From the IMG/VR virus record IMGVR_UViG_3300024496_000014: a stretch of DNA of 64,000 nucleotides; one strand, 5' to 3'. The notes beneath the pieces are model-generated. The model saw nothing but the letters and a program-made list of their open reading frames with translations. It did no database searches and was not told where the DNA came from. A program made the position numbers and the translations under genes. Of this stretch, positions 48,865 through 57,596 are shown in pieces. The stretch is from an uncultured virus (IMG/VR IMGVR_UViG_3300024496_000014) (lineage: Duplodnaviria > Heunggongvirae > Uroviricota > Caudoviricetes). Each line of letters starts with the position of its first letter. Position 1 is the stretch's first letter.

Positions 48865-51800
48865 TTAAGCAGAATATACATTGCCCGTCATAGACTTTTG
48901 TGTAGTAAGCTGCTTGTCGTTAACTTCTAATAATTTTCGATTTATCATAACTAATAGATCCATCTTAGTATTTAATAGCGATAACTGCGATTCAGCTGTT
49001 TCTTGAGTTGCCTTAGCGGGTGTAGGTGTTGTTGCACCAGTTCTTGGTTGAGCAGTTGCTGCCGCTGGTGCTGGCGCTGCTGGTTGTTGTGATACACTAG
49101 TTTGAGCTGTTGAGGTCGATGGAGTTACGCTGCCACCTTTGGCAAATTGTCCAGAATAAGAATTTACTTTTCCTAAAATTTCTTCTCCAATTGCGCCTTT
49201 TCGTCTTATGTCTCCACCGGCAATTTGGCTTGTTGCTAACAAGTTTGCTTGTTCTTGAGATAATCCAGAAGTGCCCATACCAAGTTTGCTAGCCATTCCG
49301 GCTTGACCTTTTTTCATATACCAAGCACTAACTTCCGCAGCAACCTGTGGATCGTTAACTAAATCTGGATTTTTAACTAATCTATCATCACCGTAGATGG
49401 CTTTTGATGCAGCGGCATAATTATTTTTACCAGTTAACTGAATAAAACCTCTGCCTCTATATTTCCATCCATCTCCGGGTTCCGTATTCCCCATTTGACG
49501 ACCCATTGCTGTGCCGGAACCATACATCATTTCGCCCATTTTTTGCTGGTCGCCTTTGATAGCATTTAGTTCTGCATCGGATTTTCCAGCAGCCCTACTA
49601 CCAAATATTTTTCTAATACGATCGTTAGATGTATTAGCATAATTCATATTTTCAGAAATACTCTTACCGCCAGTTTCTTTCATTATGTTGCCTTTGACAG
49701 CAGCAACATAAGCAGGATCAGTAATTCCTTGTTTTTTAAGAGCTGCTTCAACTAGAGCCATGTTTTTCTGTTGATCTTGATTTAACGGTCCAGCAGCTCC
49801 TGGGGCCGGTCCTCCTGTTGGTGCAGCGGGTGCAGTAGCAGGTGTGGCAGGTGAAGGAGCTCCTCCTCCCATAGTTTTTCTTTCTTTAAAGGCTTTAAAT
49901 GTTTCTTCAGGACTTGTGTAATTAATTTTCTTCTGTGCTTCTACTTGAGCTTCTGTTGTTTTAGTTGCCTCTTGAGCCGCAGCGGTAGCAGCTTGTGTTG
50001 TTTTAGTATGTTCTTGAGTAGCTTTCTTATCTTCCTCGTAAGTTCCACGTTCTATTGCTTTTTGTTTTCTCTTATCGTCTCTATCTTTTTCTTTAGCGTC
50101 AAGTTCTTTACGTTGGTCATCCCTTAAGGCTCTACGTCTATCAGCTTCTGCTTTACTAATACCACCAATTGCATTTGGTATTTTCTCTAATAAAGAATCC
50201 ATCCAATCTTGCAAAGTCATCCATAAACGTTGGAAATTATCTTTTAAAGCATCAATAATTGTTCCAAATGTCCAACCACTATCATATAATTTCTTAAAGA
50301 GATAAACAACACCTGCAACCGCTGCCGCTACTGCAATAAATGGCGCTGCGGCCGCTAGTACAGGAGCTACGGTTGCCCATACTGCTGATGCCAGTGCTGT
50401 TAAACCTAAAACATTAACTGCTTGAACTAAATTTGCAGCAGCAGTAATGGCGCTTGAAACTACTATAAGTCCACCTAGTATTCCCATTCCTATAGCTACT
50501 TCTTTTGCATGGTCTGCCACCCAAGTCAATCCTTCAATTAATATAGGAGTTAGTTCTTCTATGGCCGCTGTAAATGACTGCAACATTTTATCTAACAACG
50601 GACTATTAGCCAATGCTGCCATAAATTTATTTGAAAGGTCAGCTAACTTTTCCATGTTACTTTTCATTTTAGCAGGATCAAGACCTTTGGCGCCTTCTGT
50701 TAATTGTTTTTGTCTGTCTAATTCTTGTTGTGCCGCTTGTGCTCTTAGACTTCCGTTATCTTTTTCTGCCCTGTTGGCTCGATCTAAATTAGAAACAATA
50801 CCCTTGCCCCATTTTTCAGCATCATACGTGGCCAACGTTACTTGAGCAGCATTTTTTTGACTAGCAATAGCACCAGCATTGAATGCTTCGTCAATCTTAA
50901 ATGCTCCTTCTCTAGTCATTGTTCCTGATTGTCTAATATCACGAGAAGCCTGTAGCAATGCTTTTGCGGCCTGCGGATTTGTAATCATTAATTGCTGAGC
51001 TGCTTCGCTGTTTAATGATCCTGTGGCTAAAATAGTTTGTGCTGCTTGTTTTTCAGATTCACTCATGCTATCCATTAGCATGTTTAAATTTTTAGCACCT
51101 TCTTTTCCAACTTTAGCCTGTAATATTCTAAACTGCGCATCGGCTTGTCTTGCTTCTTGTTCTCTTTGAAGTATTTCTTTATTCTTACCAGTAAGTTTTG
51201 AAACAGCATCTAAATTTCTTAGATAGTCACCCGTATCTTTAACTAACTCTTCGTTTGAAACTCTTACTCCGCCGGCGCTCTTTGTGACTATTGCTGAATA
51301 TCTAGCAATGCCATTATTAATATCTTCAGTTGAATAACCCAATCTTGCAAGTTCGTCTCCAAGTTGACTATTTCTAATCTTCTGAGACATTTCACTTAAA
51401 CGTTTTGCACCTTGAGTTACACTACCGCCAAATAATGCTAAGTTCTCGCTGTTATTTTTAATAATGCTTGTGTACTGGTCAAGTGTTAGCCCTGTTGCCG
51501 AAACTTGACGTTGCATTTCTTGAATGCTTCCTCCGAAGTTTGCACCAACACTTGCTGCTTTGTTAAACGATTCATAAGTTTTTGTAGCAGCGCCTGCTAC
51601 AGCACCAAAGGCCGACCCAAGAACTCCACCAAAAATTGGAATCTTGCCAATAATGCCGCCAACAGCATTGATGTTGTTTCCCATATTGGCAAGATCATTC
51701 ATTAACCCAAAGAATGATGATCCTAATGCACTGGCACTACTAGCAACTTTTGTAAATCCAGAAGCAACTAATTTTGTCCCTTCAATAAATTTTTCCTGGG

Positions 51801-52098
51801 CTCTAAGTTCTTCTTGATATTGTTTTATCTTTTCTTTTTGAGCTTTGTTTTCTTCTTCGTCTTGTTTTATCTTTTCTTTTTGCAGTTTGGTTAATTTTTT
51901 AAATCCGTCCGATGATTCTTCAAGTTGCTTGTAGAATTTTTTCATCGACTCTGCAATTTGTTTTTCAGATTTGCCGTCTTTGCCTTGTTTAGCAGCCAAC
52001 AGAGCAACAGCACGGACAAGTTCCTTGAGGGTGGCTTCGGTAGCCGCGTTGTTTAATTCAATTGGTTGACCGCCTAGATCACCGGTTACTTCTGCCAT
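48865..52098 (-). CDS. Tape measure protein with GH19 (chitinase/lysozyme-like) domain
   Basis: Long helical Ala/Gln-rich body, a hydrophobic segment, then KETGG...ENMNY...GDGWKYRGRGFIQLTGKNNY. Confidence 0.8.
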   Translation of the reverse strand: MAEVTGDLGGQPIELNNAATEATLKELVRAVALLAAKQGKDGKSEKQIAESMKKFYKQLEESSDGFKKLTKLQKEKIKQDEEENKAQKEKIKQYQEELRAQEKFIEGTKLVASGFTKVASSASALGSSFFGLMNDLANMGNNINAVGGIIGKIPIFGGVLGSAFGAVAGAATKTYESFNKAASVGANFGGSIQEMQRQVSATGLTLDQYTSIIKNNSENLALFGGSVTQGAKRLSEMSQKIRNSQLGDELARLGYSTEDINNGIARYSAIVTKSAGGVRVSNEELVKDTGDYLRNLDAVSKLTGKNKEILQREQEARQADAQFRILQAKVGKEGAKNLNMLMDSMSESEKQAAQTILATGSLNSEAAQQLMITNPQAAKALLQASRDIRQSGTMTREGAFKIDEAFNAGAIASQKNAAQVTLATYDAEKWGKGIVSNLDRANRAEKDNGSLRAQAAQQELDRQKQLTEGAKGLDPAKMKSNMEKLADLSNKFMAALANSPLLDKMLQSFTAAIEELTPILIEGLTWVADHAKEVAIGMGILGGLIVVSSAITAAANLVQAVNVLGLTALASAVWATVAPVLAAAAPFIAVAAAVAGVVYLFKKLYDSGWTFGTIIDALKDNFQRLWMTLQDWMDSLLEKIPNAIGGISKAEADRRRALRDDQRKELDAKEKDRDDKRKQKAIERGTYEEDKKATQEHTKTTQAATAAAQEATKTTEAQVEAQKKINYTSPEETFKAFKERKTMGGGAPSPATPATAPAAPTGGPAPGAAGPLNQDQQKNMALVEAALKKQGITDPAYVAAVKGNIMKETGGKSISENMNYANTSNDRIRKIFGSRAAGKSDAELNAIKGDQQKMGEMMYGSGTAMGRQMGNTEPGDGWKYRGRGFIQLTGKNNYAAASKAIYGDDRLVKNPDLVNDPQVAAEVSAWYMKKGQAGMASKLGMGTSGLSQEQANLLATSQIAGGDIRRKGAIGEEILGKVNSYSGQFAKGGSVTPSTSTAQTSVSQQPAAPAPAAATAQPRTGATTPTPAKATQETAESQLSLLNTKMDLLVMINRKLLEVNDKQLTTQKSMTGNVYSA

Positions 52099-52126
52099 TA
52101 TTCAAAATCCCAGAAAAGTGCGTACA

Positions 52127-52153
52127 TAAATACGTATGATTACTTTTTATTTA
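52127..52153. promoter_or_regulatory. Face-to-face late promoters (TAAATA plus at 52127-52132, minus at 52148-52153)
   Basis: Both lie in the gap between the divergent tape measure and gp26-like genes. Confidence 0.6.
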
Positions 52154-52166
52154 TCGGGGTTAAAAA

Positions 52167-53027
52167 ATGGTAGAAAATCCATCAATTGCTAAACCAACAA
52201 ATCCGTTGGCAGCGTTTTTTAGACAACCAAAGTTATATGTAACTTTACCAAGTCACGGCAAATATTATCCGCCGGGAGTATTGGATCAGAGTGAGAATGG
52301 CGAATACGCTGTCTATGCTATGACCGCTAAGGACGAACTTATGTTTAAAACTCCCGATGCGTTAATGAATGGTCAAGCAACCGTTGAACTAATAAAAAGC
52401 TGTGTGCCTGCTATTAAAGATCCTTGGAAAATGCCAAGTTTAGATTTAGATGCTGTTTTAATTGCTATTAGAACAGCAACCTACGGTGAAATGATGGAAG
52501 TTGATGCGGATTGCCCTGAATGCAGTAATCGAAGTACATTTGAAATTAATCTTGTGAGTTATCTTGATAAACTTAATAATTTTAGATATGTAGATCAACT
52601 TGAAGTTCCACCGTTAACTATTACTATTAGACCTTATTCATATCAAGAAATTACTAAGGCTAGTATTAAAGCATTAGAACAACAAAAAGTATTAAACGTT
52701 GTTACTAACGATTCATTGTCAGATGAAGAAAAATTAGAGCAATTTGGCGAAAGTTTTATTAAATTAACCGAATTAACCGTAGATGTTATTGCAGGATGTA
52801 TCACTAGTATTACTACGCCAGAAGCTACCGTAACTGATTCTGTTATGATTAAAGAATTTATTAACAATGCATCAACTGATGTGTTTAATACAATTAATAA
52901 ACATGTAACAGAAATGAAAGGTAGAATTGATCTACAGACTCAAGAAGTCGAGTGTACAGAATGTCATCATCAATATACTATTAACTTAGTAATGGATCAA
53001 TCAAATTTTTTCGCAGTAAGGTCTTAA
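52167..53027 (+). CDS. gp26: Baseplate hub assembly protein / tail chaperone (gp26-like)
   Basis: RQPKLYVTLPS.G, MTAKDEL, D.DA.LIAIR.ATYG, two CxxC motifs, C-terminal NFF. Confidence 0.75.
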   Translation: MVENPSIAKPTNPLAAFFRQPKLYVTLPSHGKYYPPGVLDQSENGEYAVYAMTAKDELMFKTPDALMNGQATVELIKSCVPAIKDPWKMPSLDLDAVLIAIRTATYGEMMEVDADCPECSNRSTFEINLVSYLDKLNNFRYVDQLEVPPLTITIRPYSYQEITKASIKALEQQKVLNVVTNDSLSDEEKLEQFGESFIKLTELTVDVIAGCITSITTPEATVTDSVMIKEFINNASTDVFNTINKHVTEMKGRIDLQTQEVECTECHHQYTINLVMDQSNFFAVRS

Positions 53028-53239
53028 ACCTCCCAAGGCCGGAGATCTTACATCTTGTTTCAAAATTAGAAAAAGAGGCTAGGGAGATTAAAAAGGATGT
53101 CCTCAAGGCTTGTTGGTATATGCGAGGACTTTCTTATAGTGAAGGTATGAATCTAAGTTATGAAGAGCGCCAAATTATTGGCGAGATTATCAAAGATAAT
53201 TTAGAGACCACTAAGAAAAGCGGCCTCCCATTCTTTTAA
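53003..53239 (+). CDS. gp51-like frame, probably reached by -1 frameshift from the gp26-like gene
   Basis: The -1 frame is open from 52985 to 53239 (...KLEKEAREIKKDVLKACWYMRGLSYSEGMNLSYEERQIIGEIIKDNLETTKKSGLPFF) and its first ATG is only at 53120. Not in the ORF track. Confidence 0.65.
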   Translation, partial: KFFRSKVLNLPRPEILHLVSKLEKEAREIKKDVLKACWYMRGLSYSEGMNLSYEERQIIGEIIKDNLETTKKSGLPFF

Positions 53240-54349
53240 TTACTTTTTAAAAATACTTGTTGCACCTGATTTAACATTTTCGGTGAACAATTTCTTTTTG
53301 TGTTCTTCAATTTTTCTTTCAAGTGCTTCTGCCAAAGGATTACCTGTGTTAACTTTGCCAGCGGCTTGCACCGAAGGCTGAGCAGGAGCCTTAGCTCTTG
53401 ATTTTCTCGGAGCACGTTTCTTTGTCTGCATTGTAGGTTCAACTGCGGGTTCTTGTGTTGCAGCTGGCTGTTCCGGTGCTGGTTGTTGTTGCATATTAGG
53501 ATTGTTTGGATTTGCTGTATGGGTTGTTGTTCCACCAACCTTTGATGTTGTTCCACCAGTTGAGCTTGTTCCAGTGCTTACTGCCGGATTTGGTTCGCCG
53601 GCTAAGTTTGCTGCCATTTGTCCAAATGCACCTCCGCCTGCTGCTGGTTTTTCTTGTGCTGCTGGTTGTGCGCCTAATTCTTTTTGTAGTCCTGCAAGGA
53701 TTCGTTGTTTACCTTTTTTATCTAGTTTAGCAATCTTAGCTTTAACCTGTGCATAAGGCGTGCCTTGTTGAGCTTGATCTTGTCCTTGACCACCTGCTGC
53801 TTGACCTTGTGCGGGTTCCATAGTTGGTTCAATTCTTCCAGATGCATCAGGTTGTGCTGCTCCGCCTGCTGCTGGTTTTCCTTTTGCAGGTGCTGGTTGT
53901 CCGCTAGCGGCCGGTTGTTGGCCTCCTGCTTGACCTTGTGCGGGTTCTTCTTGATCTGTATCTTGCATTCCTGCTTTCTTGGCTGCATTAAGGAAAGGAT
54001 TATTTTGACCAATCTTTCCTTTTTTCCACATATCTTGAGCAACTTGACGTTTAGTTATGCCTCCTTGACCACCTGCTGCTTGTTGACCACCGGCACCACC
54101 TGCTGCTTGTTGACCACCTGCTGCTTGACCTTGTGCGGGCTCTTCGTCATCTCCTGCACCTGCTACCGTACTTTTACCTGCGGCAAATCCTTTTTTAGCG
54201 GCTGCACCAAGTCCAGCTATACCACCTGCAACTGCGCCAACGCCTTTGGCAGCAGTTCCTACAGCTTTGCCAACTGCACTACCAATTTTATTCATCAATG
54301 GGCCTTCGGCAAGTTCTTTATCTTCGGTTATGAATTCATTTAATCTCAT
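53240..54349 (-). CDS. Low-complexity Q/A/G/P-rich protein, possible internal head protein
   Basis: Starts MRLNEFITE; three EPAQGQA(A)GGQ repeats. Confidence 0.65.
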   Translation of the reverse strand: MRLNEFITEDKELAEGPLMNKIGSAVGKAVGTAAKGVGAVAGGIAGLGAAAKKGFAAGKSTVAGAGDDEEPAQGQAAGGQQAAGGAGGQQAAGGQGGITKRQVAQDMWKKGKIGQNNPFLNAAKKAGMQDTDQEEPAQGQAGGQQPAASGQPAPAKGKPAAGGAAQPDASGRIEPTMEPAQGQAAGGQGQDQAQQGTPYAQVKAKIAKLDKKGKQRILAGLQKELGAQPAAQEKPAAGGGAFGQMAANLAGEPNPAVSTGTSSTGGTTSKVGGTTTHTANPNNPNMQQQPAPEQPAATQEPAVEPTMQTKKRAPRKSRAKAPAQPSVQAAGKVNTGNPLAEALERKIEEHKKKLFTENVKSGATSIFKK

Positions 54350-54350
54350 T

Positions 54351-55868
54351 TTAAGCAGTTCCTAATTGTTTTTGTAAGAAGCCCATGATACGCTTTTTAC
54401 TTTTCTTATCTAACTTAGCTAACTCTGATTTAACTTCTGCATATAGTGTAGCTGTTTTTTTACCATTGGCGCCACCTTGGCCACCTTGATCGGCACCGCC
54501 CTGACCGGGTGGTGGTAGTTTCATTTGACTATAAACTTGTGTAACAATACCTGCATCAATGCCCTGATCTTGTAAAAACTTTGCTAGTTCTTCTGAATCT
54601 GTAGGAGCACCTGCTTTTTGCCAAGCAGAATTTAACTTGTCTGCCGTGACCTGTGTGGTCATGTTATGACCTTTTGTCTTGGCCCAATCAACTGCTTTGC
54701 CTGCTCCAGCTTTAACCTTGTCCATAAAGCCAGCTTCTGATAACACACGATTAAACACTAGATATACTTGACCTTCACTTAAAGGTCTAGTTTGAATATA
54801 ATAACTTTCTTGTTTTGGTTGTTTGCTGCCTGTACCAGCTGCAACTGCGCCTTGCGCAGCCGCGCCTAAGAATTTAAACACTTCTTTAGCACCTTCGGCA
54901 GCAGATTTTAACATTGCTCGCTTGTCTGCTGTGGCAGCAATCTGAGCAATATACTCTGGATTATTAAATTTATCATCAATCATGCCCTGAAGAACTTGCC
55001 ATACCTTGTCGCTTTGAGCATAATCTCCTGCTTGCCAAGCAGAAGTAGCATCCATGAATAACTCTTTAGCATCTGCAATATCTGCTGGTTGTCCTACTAG
55101 TCCTTTAATTTCAAAGTTAGCAGAACGTGATCCTAACTCTCCCCCAACTTCATCAAAGATTTGAGTCATGTTTAATCTTCTAGCACCAGGGAATAGATTA
55201 TCTTTGATAATATCAACTCCGCCACTGAGTGCATCGCCAATAAGTTCAAAGGTCTTACCAGCAATAAAACCATAGGCTGCTGTTTTAATACCTTTGCCAA
55301 TGGTAGTTGAAAGTTTTTCGCCTTTGATTAGTTCAGACGAATTACGAATAATAGCACCTGCAATAGCGCCACCTACTGGGCCACCTGCAAGAGCTGCTAG
55401 AGTGGTAAGCACACCAATAATCGCTGCTGACTTACCTGGATTTTCTTTCATCCAAGTTCCCCATCCAGTTAGAGTTTTATCTAGCTCAGGAAACTTAGCA
55501 CCAACTTTAGCCTTTAAATCTTCAAACTTTTGGTCCATGTTCTTAACAGGCGTAGTATCCTGTAGCCATTTACCAACTTTATTAACTACTTCATCTGCTT
55601 TTTTAGCAACATCGATGCCTTTGCCCAGCATTGTTCTATTACCACCACCTGCACTTACACTTTGCTCTACAGATCCAAATACCTGTTTAACCTGTTCAGG
55701 GCTTAGACTAGCTTCGATAAGAGGTAGCATTTCATTATAAATGCCTTCAACAATTCTGCGTTGTTCCTTATTAAGACCGTCACAGCTTTCCTCTAATATT
55801 AATCGTGAGTTGTGCATATGTCTTTCGACAAGTAACTGATGATTTTCTAATAATGTTGATATTTTCAT
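54351..55868 (-). CDS. Hypothetical protein, possible internal head/ejected protein
   Basis: Many LxE sites; hydrophobic Gly-zipper segment; C-terminal YAxVKxxxAKLDKK shared with the 53240 ORF; late promoter at 55895-55900. Confidence 0.65.
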   Translation of the reverse strand: MKISTLLENHQLLVERHMHNSRLILEESCDGLNKEQRRIVEGIYNEMLPLIEASLSPEQVKQVFGSVEQSVSAGGGNRTMLGKGIDVAKKADEVVNKVGKWLQDTTPVKNMDQKFEDLKAKVGAKFPELDKTLTGWGTWMKENPGKSAAIIGVLTTLAALAGGPVGGAIAGAIIRNSSELIKGEKLSTTIGKGIKTAAYGFIAGKTFELIGDALSGGVDIIKDNLFPGARRLNMTQIFDEVGGELGSRSANFEIKGLVGQPADIADAKELFMDATSAWQAGDYAQSDKVWQVLQGMIDDKFNNPEYIAQIAATADKRAMLKSAAEGAKEVFKFLGAAAQGAVAAGTGSKQPKQESYYIQTRPLSEGQVYLVFNRVLSEAGFMDKVKAGAGKAVDWAKTKGHNMTTQVTADKLNSAWQKAGAPTDSEELAKFLQDQGIDAGIVTQVYSQMKLPPPGQGGADQGGQGGANGKKTATLYAEVKSELAKLDKKSKKRIMGFLQKQLGTA

Positions 55869-55904
55869 AAAAGACTCAAAATTGATATACTACTTATTTA
55901 TTGA

Positions 55905-56378
55905 AAAGCGAGCTAACGCTCGCTTGCTTTATCGCTTCGCTCAAAGCACTTTTCTTTTTTTTAATTATTTCAAAGATGCAGTTGAAATATATTTTGCGCG
56001 AAGCGCAAATTTAGCATTATCCAGATCGTTTCAGTCACACTTTGCCCGTTGCCGGGCAAAGAAAAAACATTATCCGAGTCGAACCATGTCACACAGCAGT
56101 AGAGCATTACAGAGGCGGTTGTCCGGTACCTCGAGCTCCGTCTTTACACAACGGCGGTATACATTAATCTGCTATCACTAATGTACACGTGGGGTTTTTC
56201 TCCCCTCATTTTACCTTTACATATCCTTTTCAAACAACTAAATCGCAGGTTTTAAGCGATCTTCATCCATAAATGGGTAGTAGTTGAGTACCATTGCGGC
56301 ATGGAATTCCGTCCCTGCGACCACGATTGACCAGGTTTAGAGCGCATGAAGTTAAGGCCTGCGCTAGCCAAAAACCGC
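55905..56378 (-). ncRNA. Candidate structured non-coding element (ncRNA or replication origin)
   Basis: About 470 nt with no convincing ORF, at least 8 stem-loops, a CATTATCC-N11/12-GTCACAC direct repeat and two GCGAAGC mini-hairpins. Confidence 0.5.
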
Positions 56379-56379
56379 T

Positions 56380-56814
56380 TTATTTTGCCTTTTTATGTTC
56401 TTCTAGGCGTTGCCTTAGTATGTTTGAACCGCCTACTCTGACGTTTATAATGCCATTATAATATTCGTCAGTTTCTAAAACTCTGCGTTCAAACTGCTCT
56501 CTTGCCTCTAAATAGGACATTTCTGCCTTGGATTTGCAAAGATAAAGTATTTCTCTAGTGAAGTTTCCGGGACCTAATGCTTGGACGTCTGCGTTTAACC
56601 TATCAGAAGAACCCCAGTAATCGCGCCAATCGCTTTCAACTACGGATCTACGTTTAAGTTTTTTGCCTTTGAGTGGTGGTTTAGTACGTTTAAATTGTGC
56701 TAATTTCTTGCCTATGTACTTCTGCCCGGTTTGTGTGTTCGTGATGAGATAAACAAAGCCAATATAGCCTTCTGGTATTTCGTTTATTGGTTGATTTTGA
56801 TACGTCCATTGCAC
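56380..56814 (-). CDS. GIY-YIG family endonuclease
   Basis: GFVYLITN...KYIGKK, YWGSS, FTREIL, LE, YYN. Confidence 0.85.
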   Translation of the reverse strand: MQWTYQNQPINEIPEGYIGFVYLITNTQTGQKYIGKKLAQFKRTKPPLKGKKLKRRSVVESDWRDYWGSSDRLNADVQALGPGNFTREILYLCKSKAEMSYLEAREQFERRVLETDEYYNGIINVRVGGSNILRQRLEEHKKAK

Positions 56815-57045
56815 TCACTTAGTTATTTTAGGCGGTCTTCCAACCATGCCTTTTCTGGCTAACTTTCGTTGTTCGCGTTTTTCTTGTATCTCAACTCGCC
56901 TTTTTGATGCCTCGTTGCGTATTTCTGATAGCCAATATCGTGCCTTAATGCCTGCTTCATCTGAGCCTTTGTATTCAAATCGTTCTTGCCACTTAAAATA
57001 TTCCTGAAAAGCAGCAATCATACGATCGTGCGATTCTGTTGTCAT
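56815..57045 (-). CDS. Small basic protein, Hc1/histone-H1-like
   Basis: KG..AG.KAR..L.EI......RR.EIQ pattern; basic tail. Confidence 0.5.
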   Translation of the reverse strand: MTTESHDRMIAAFQEYFKWQERFEYKGSDEAGIKARYWLSEIRNEASKRRVEIQEKREQRKLARKGMVGRPPKITK

Positions 57046-57596
57046 AACAAAGGAGGGCCTTCAAAGAATTGAATAAGTGTTTTTCTAGTGCCTTTGGTTA
57101 CTGGATCAACTTTATGAGGAACCCAGCTAGGAAAAACTAACAATGTTCCTGGCAATCTAAATTCTTCAATTACATGAGGACCGTTGAAAAATAAACTTAT
57201 ATCACCGCCCTCATACGGTTCGTCAGATAAGTTTAGTAATGCTGTTAATTTAATATCCTTAATACCATCTCTTCTCCCGTCGGTGTGCCAATCATATTCG
57301 CCGTTGGTTTTAGAATCGTAGGTATTGTAACTTAATATTGACTCGTACCCAATTGCGTCAAGATGAAATCTAAAAGCAAGGTTGTTAATAACACCAATTG
57401 ATTCATAAAATTTTTCTAATTCGGGGGATATAAATTTTCTGTTGATAAATTTTACATCGGCAGTTTTAGTTGCTCCATCTGCAGGAACATCTTTTACAGA
57501 ATCGTCTCTATTATAATGTAATAGAATTAAAGTCCTGAGTTCTTCACACATTTCTGGTGTATAAAGTTCTTTAACATAATAAAAGTCATAAATCAT
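57042..57596 (-). CDS. 2OG-Fe(II) oxygenase
   Basis: WHTD, YEGG, FPSWVPHKV.PVTKGTR. Confidence 0.88.
   Translation of the reverse strand: MIYDFYYVKELYTPEMCEELRTLILLHYNRDDSVKDVPADGATKTADVKFINRKFISPELEKFYESIGVINNLAFRFHLDAIGYESILSYNTYDSKTNGEYDWHTDGRRDGIKDIKLTALLNLSDEPYEGGDISLFFNGPHVIEEFRLPGTLLVFPSWVPHKVDPVTKGTRKTLIQFFEGPPLL

Noticed and set aside
53236..55740. Alternative-frame and antisense ORFs, including a Cys-rich 192-aa plus-strand ORF
   Set aside because: By-products of the Gln/Ala codon repeats of the minus-strand genes
56015..56094. CRISPR array
   Set aside because: Only two units, split repeats, cores too short for spacers, and no cas genes in the window
56068..56100. GGTTCGACTC suggesting a tRNA or tmRNA
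   Set aside because: No T-stem, acceptor stem or cloverleaf could be built around it
55882..56181. 99-aa plus-strand ORF
   Set aside because: TTG start, no SD, runs through hairpins and a poly-T tract, and has no protein-like composition
56255..56295. Group I intron-like words (CTCAACTACTAC, GAAGAT) after the GIY-YIG gene
   Set aside because: P7 pairing (GACUA/UAGUC) is absent and no interrupted host gene flanks the region
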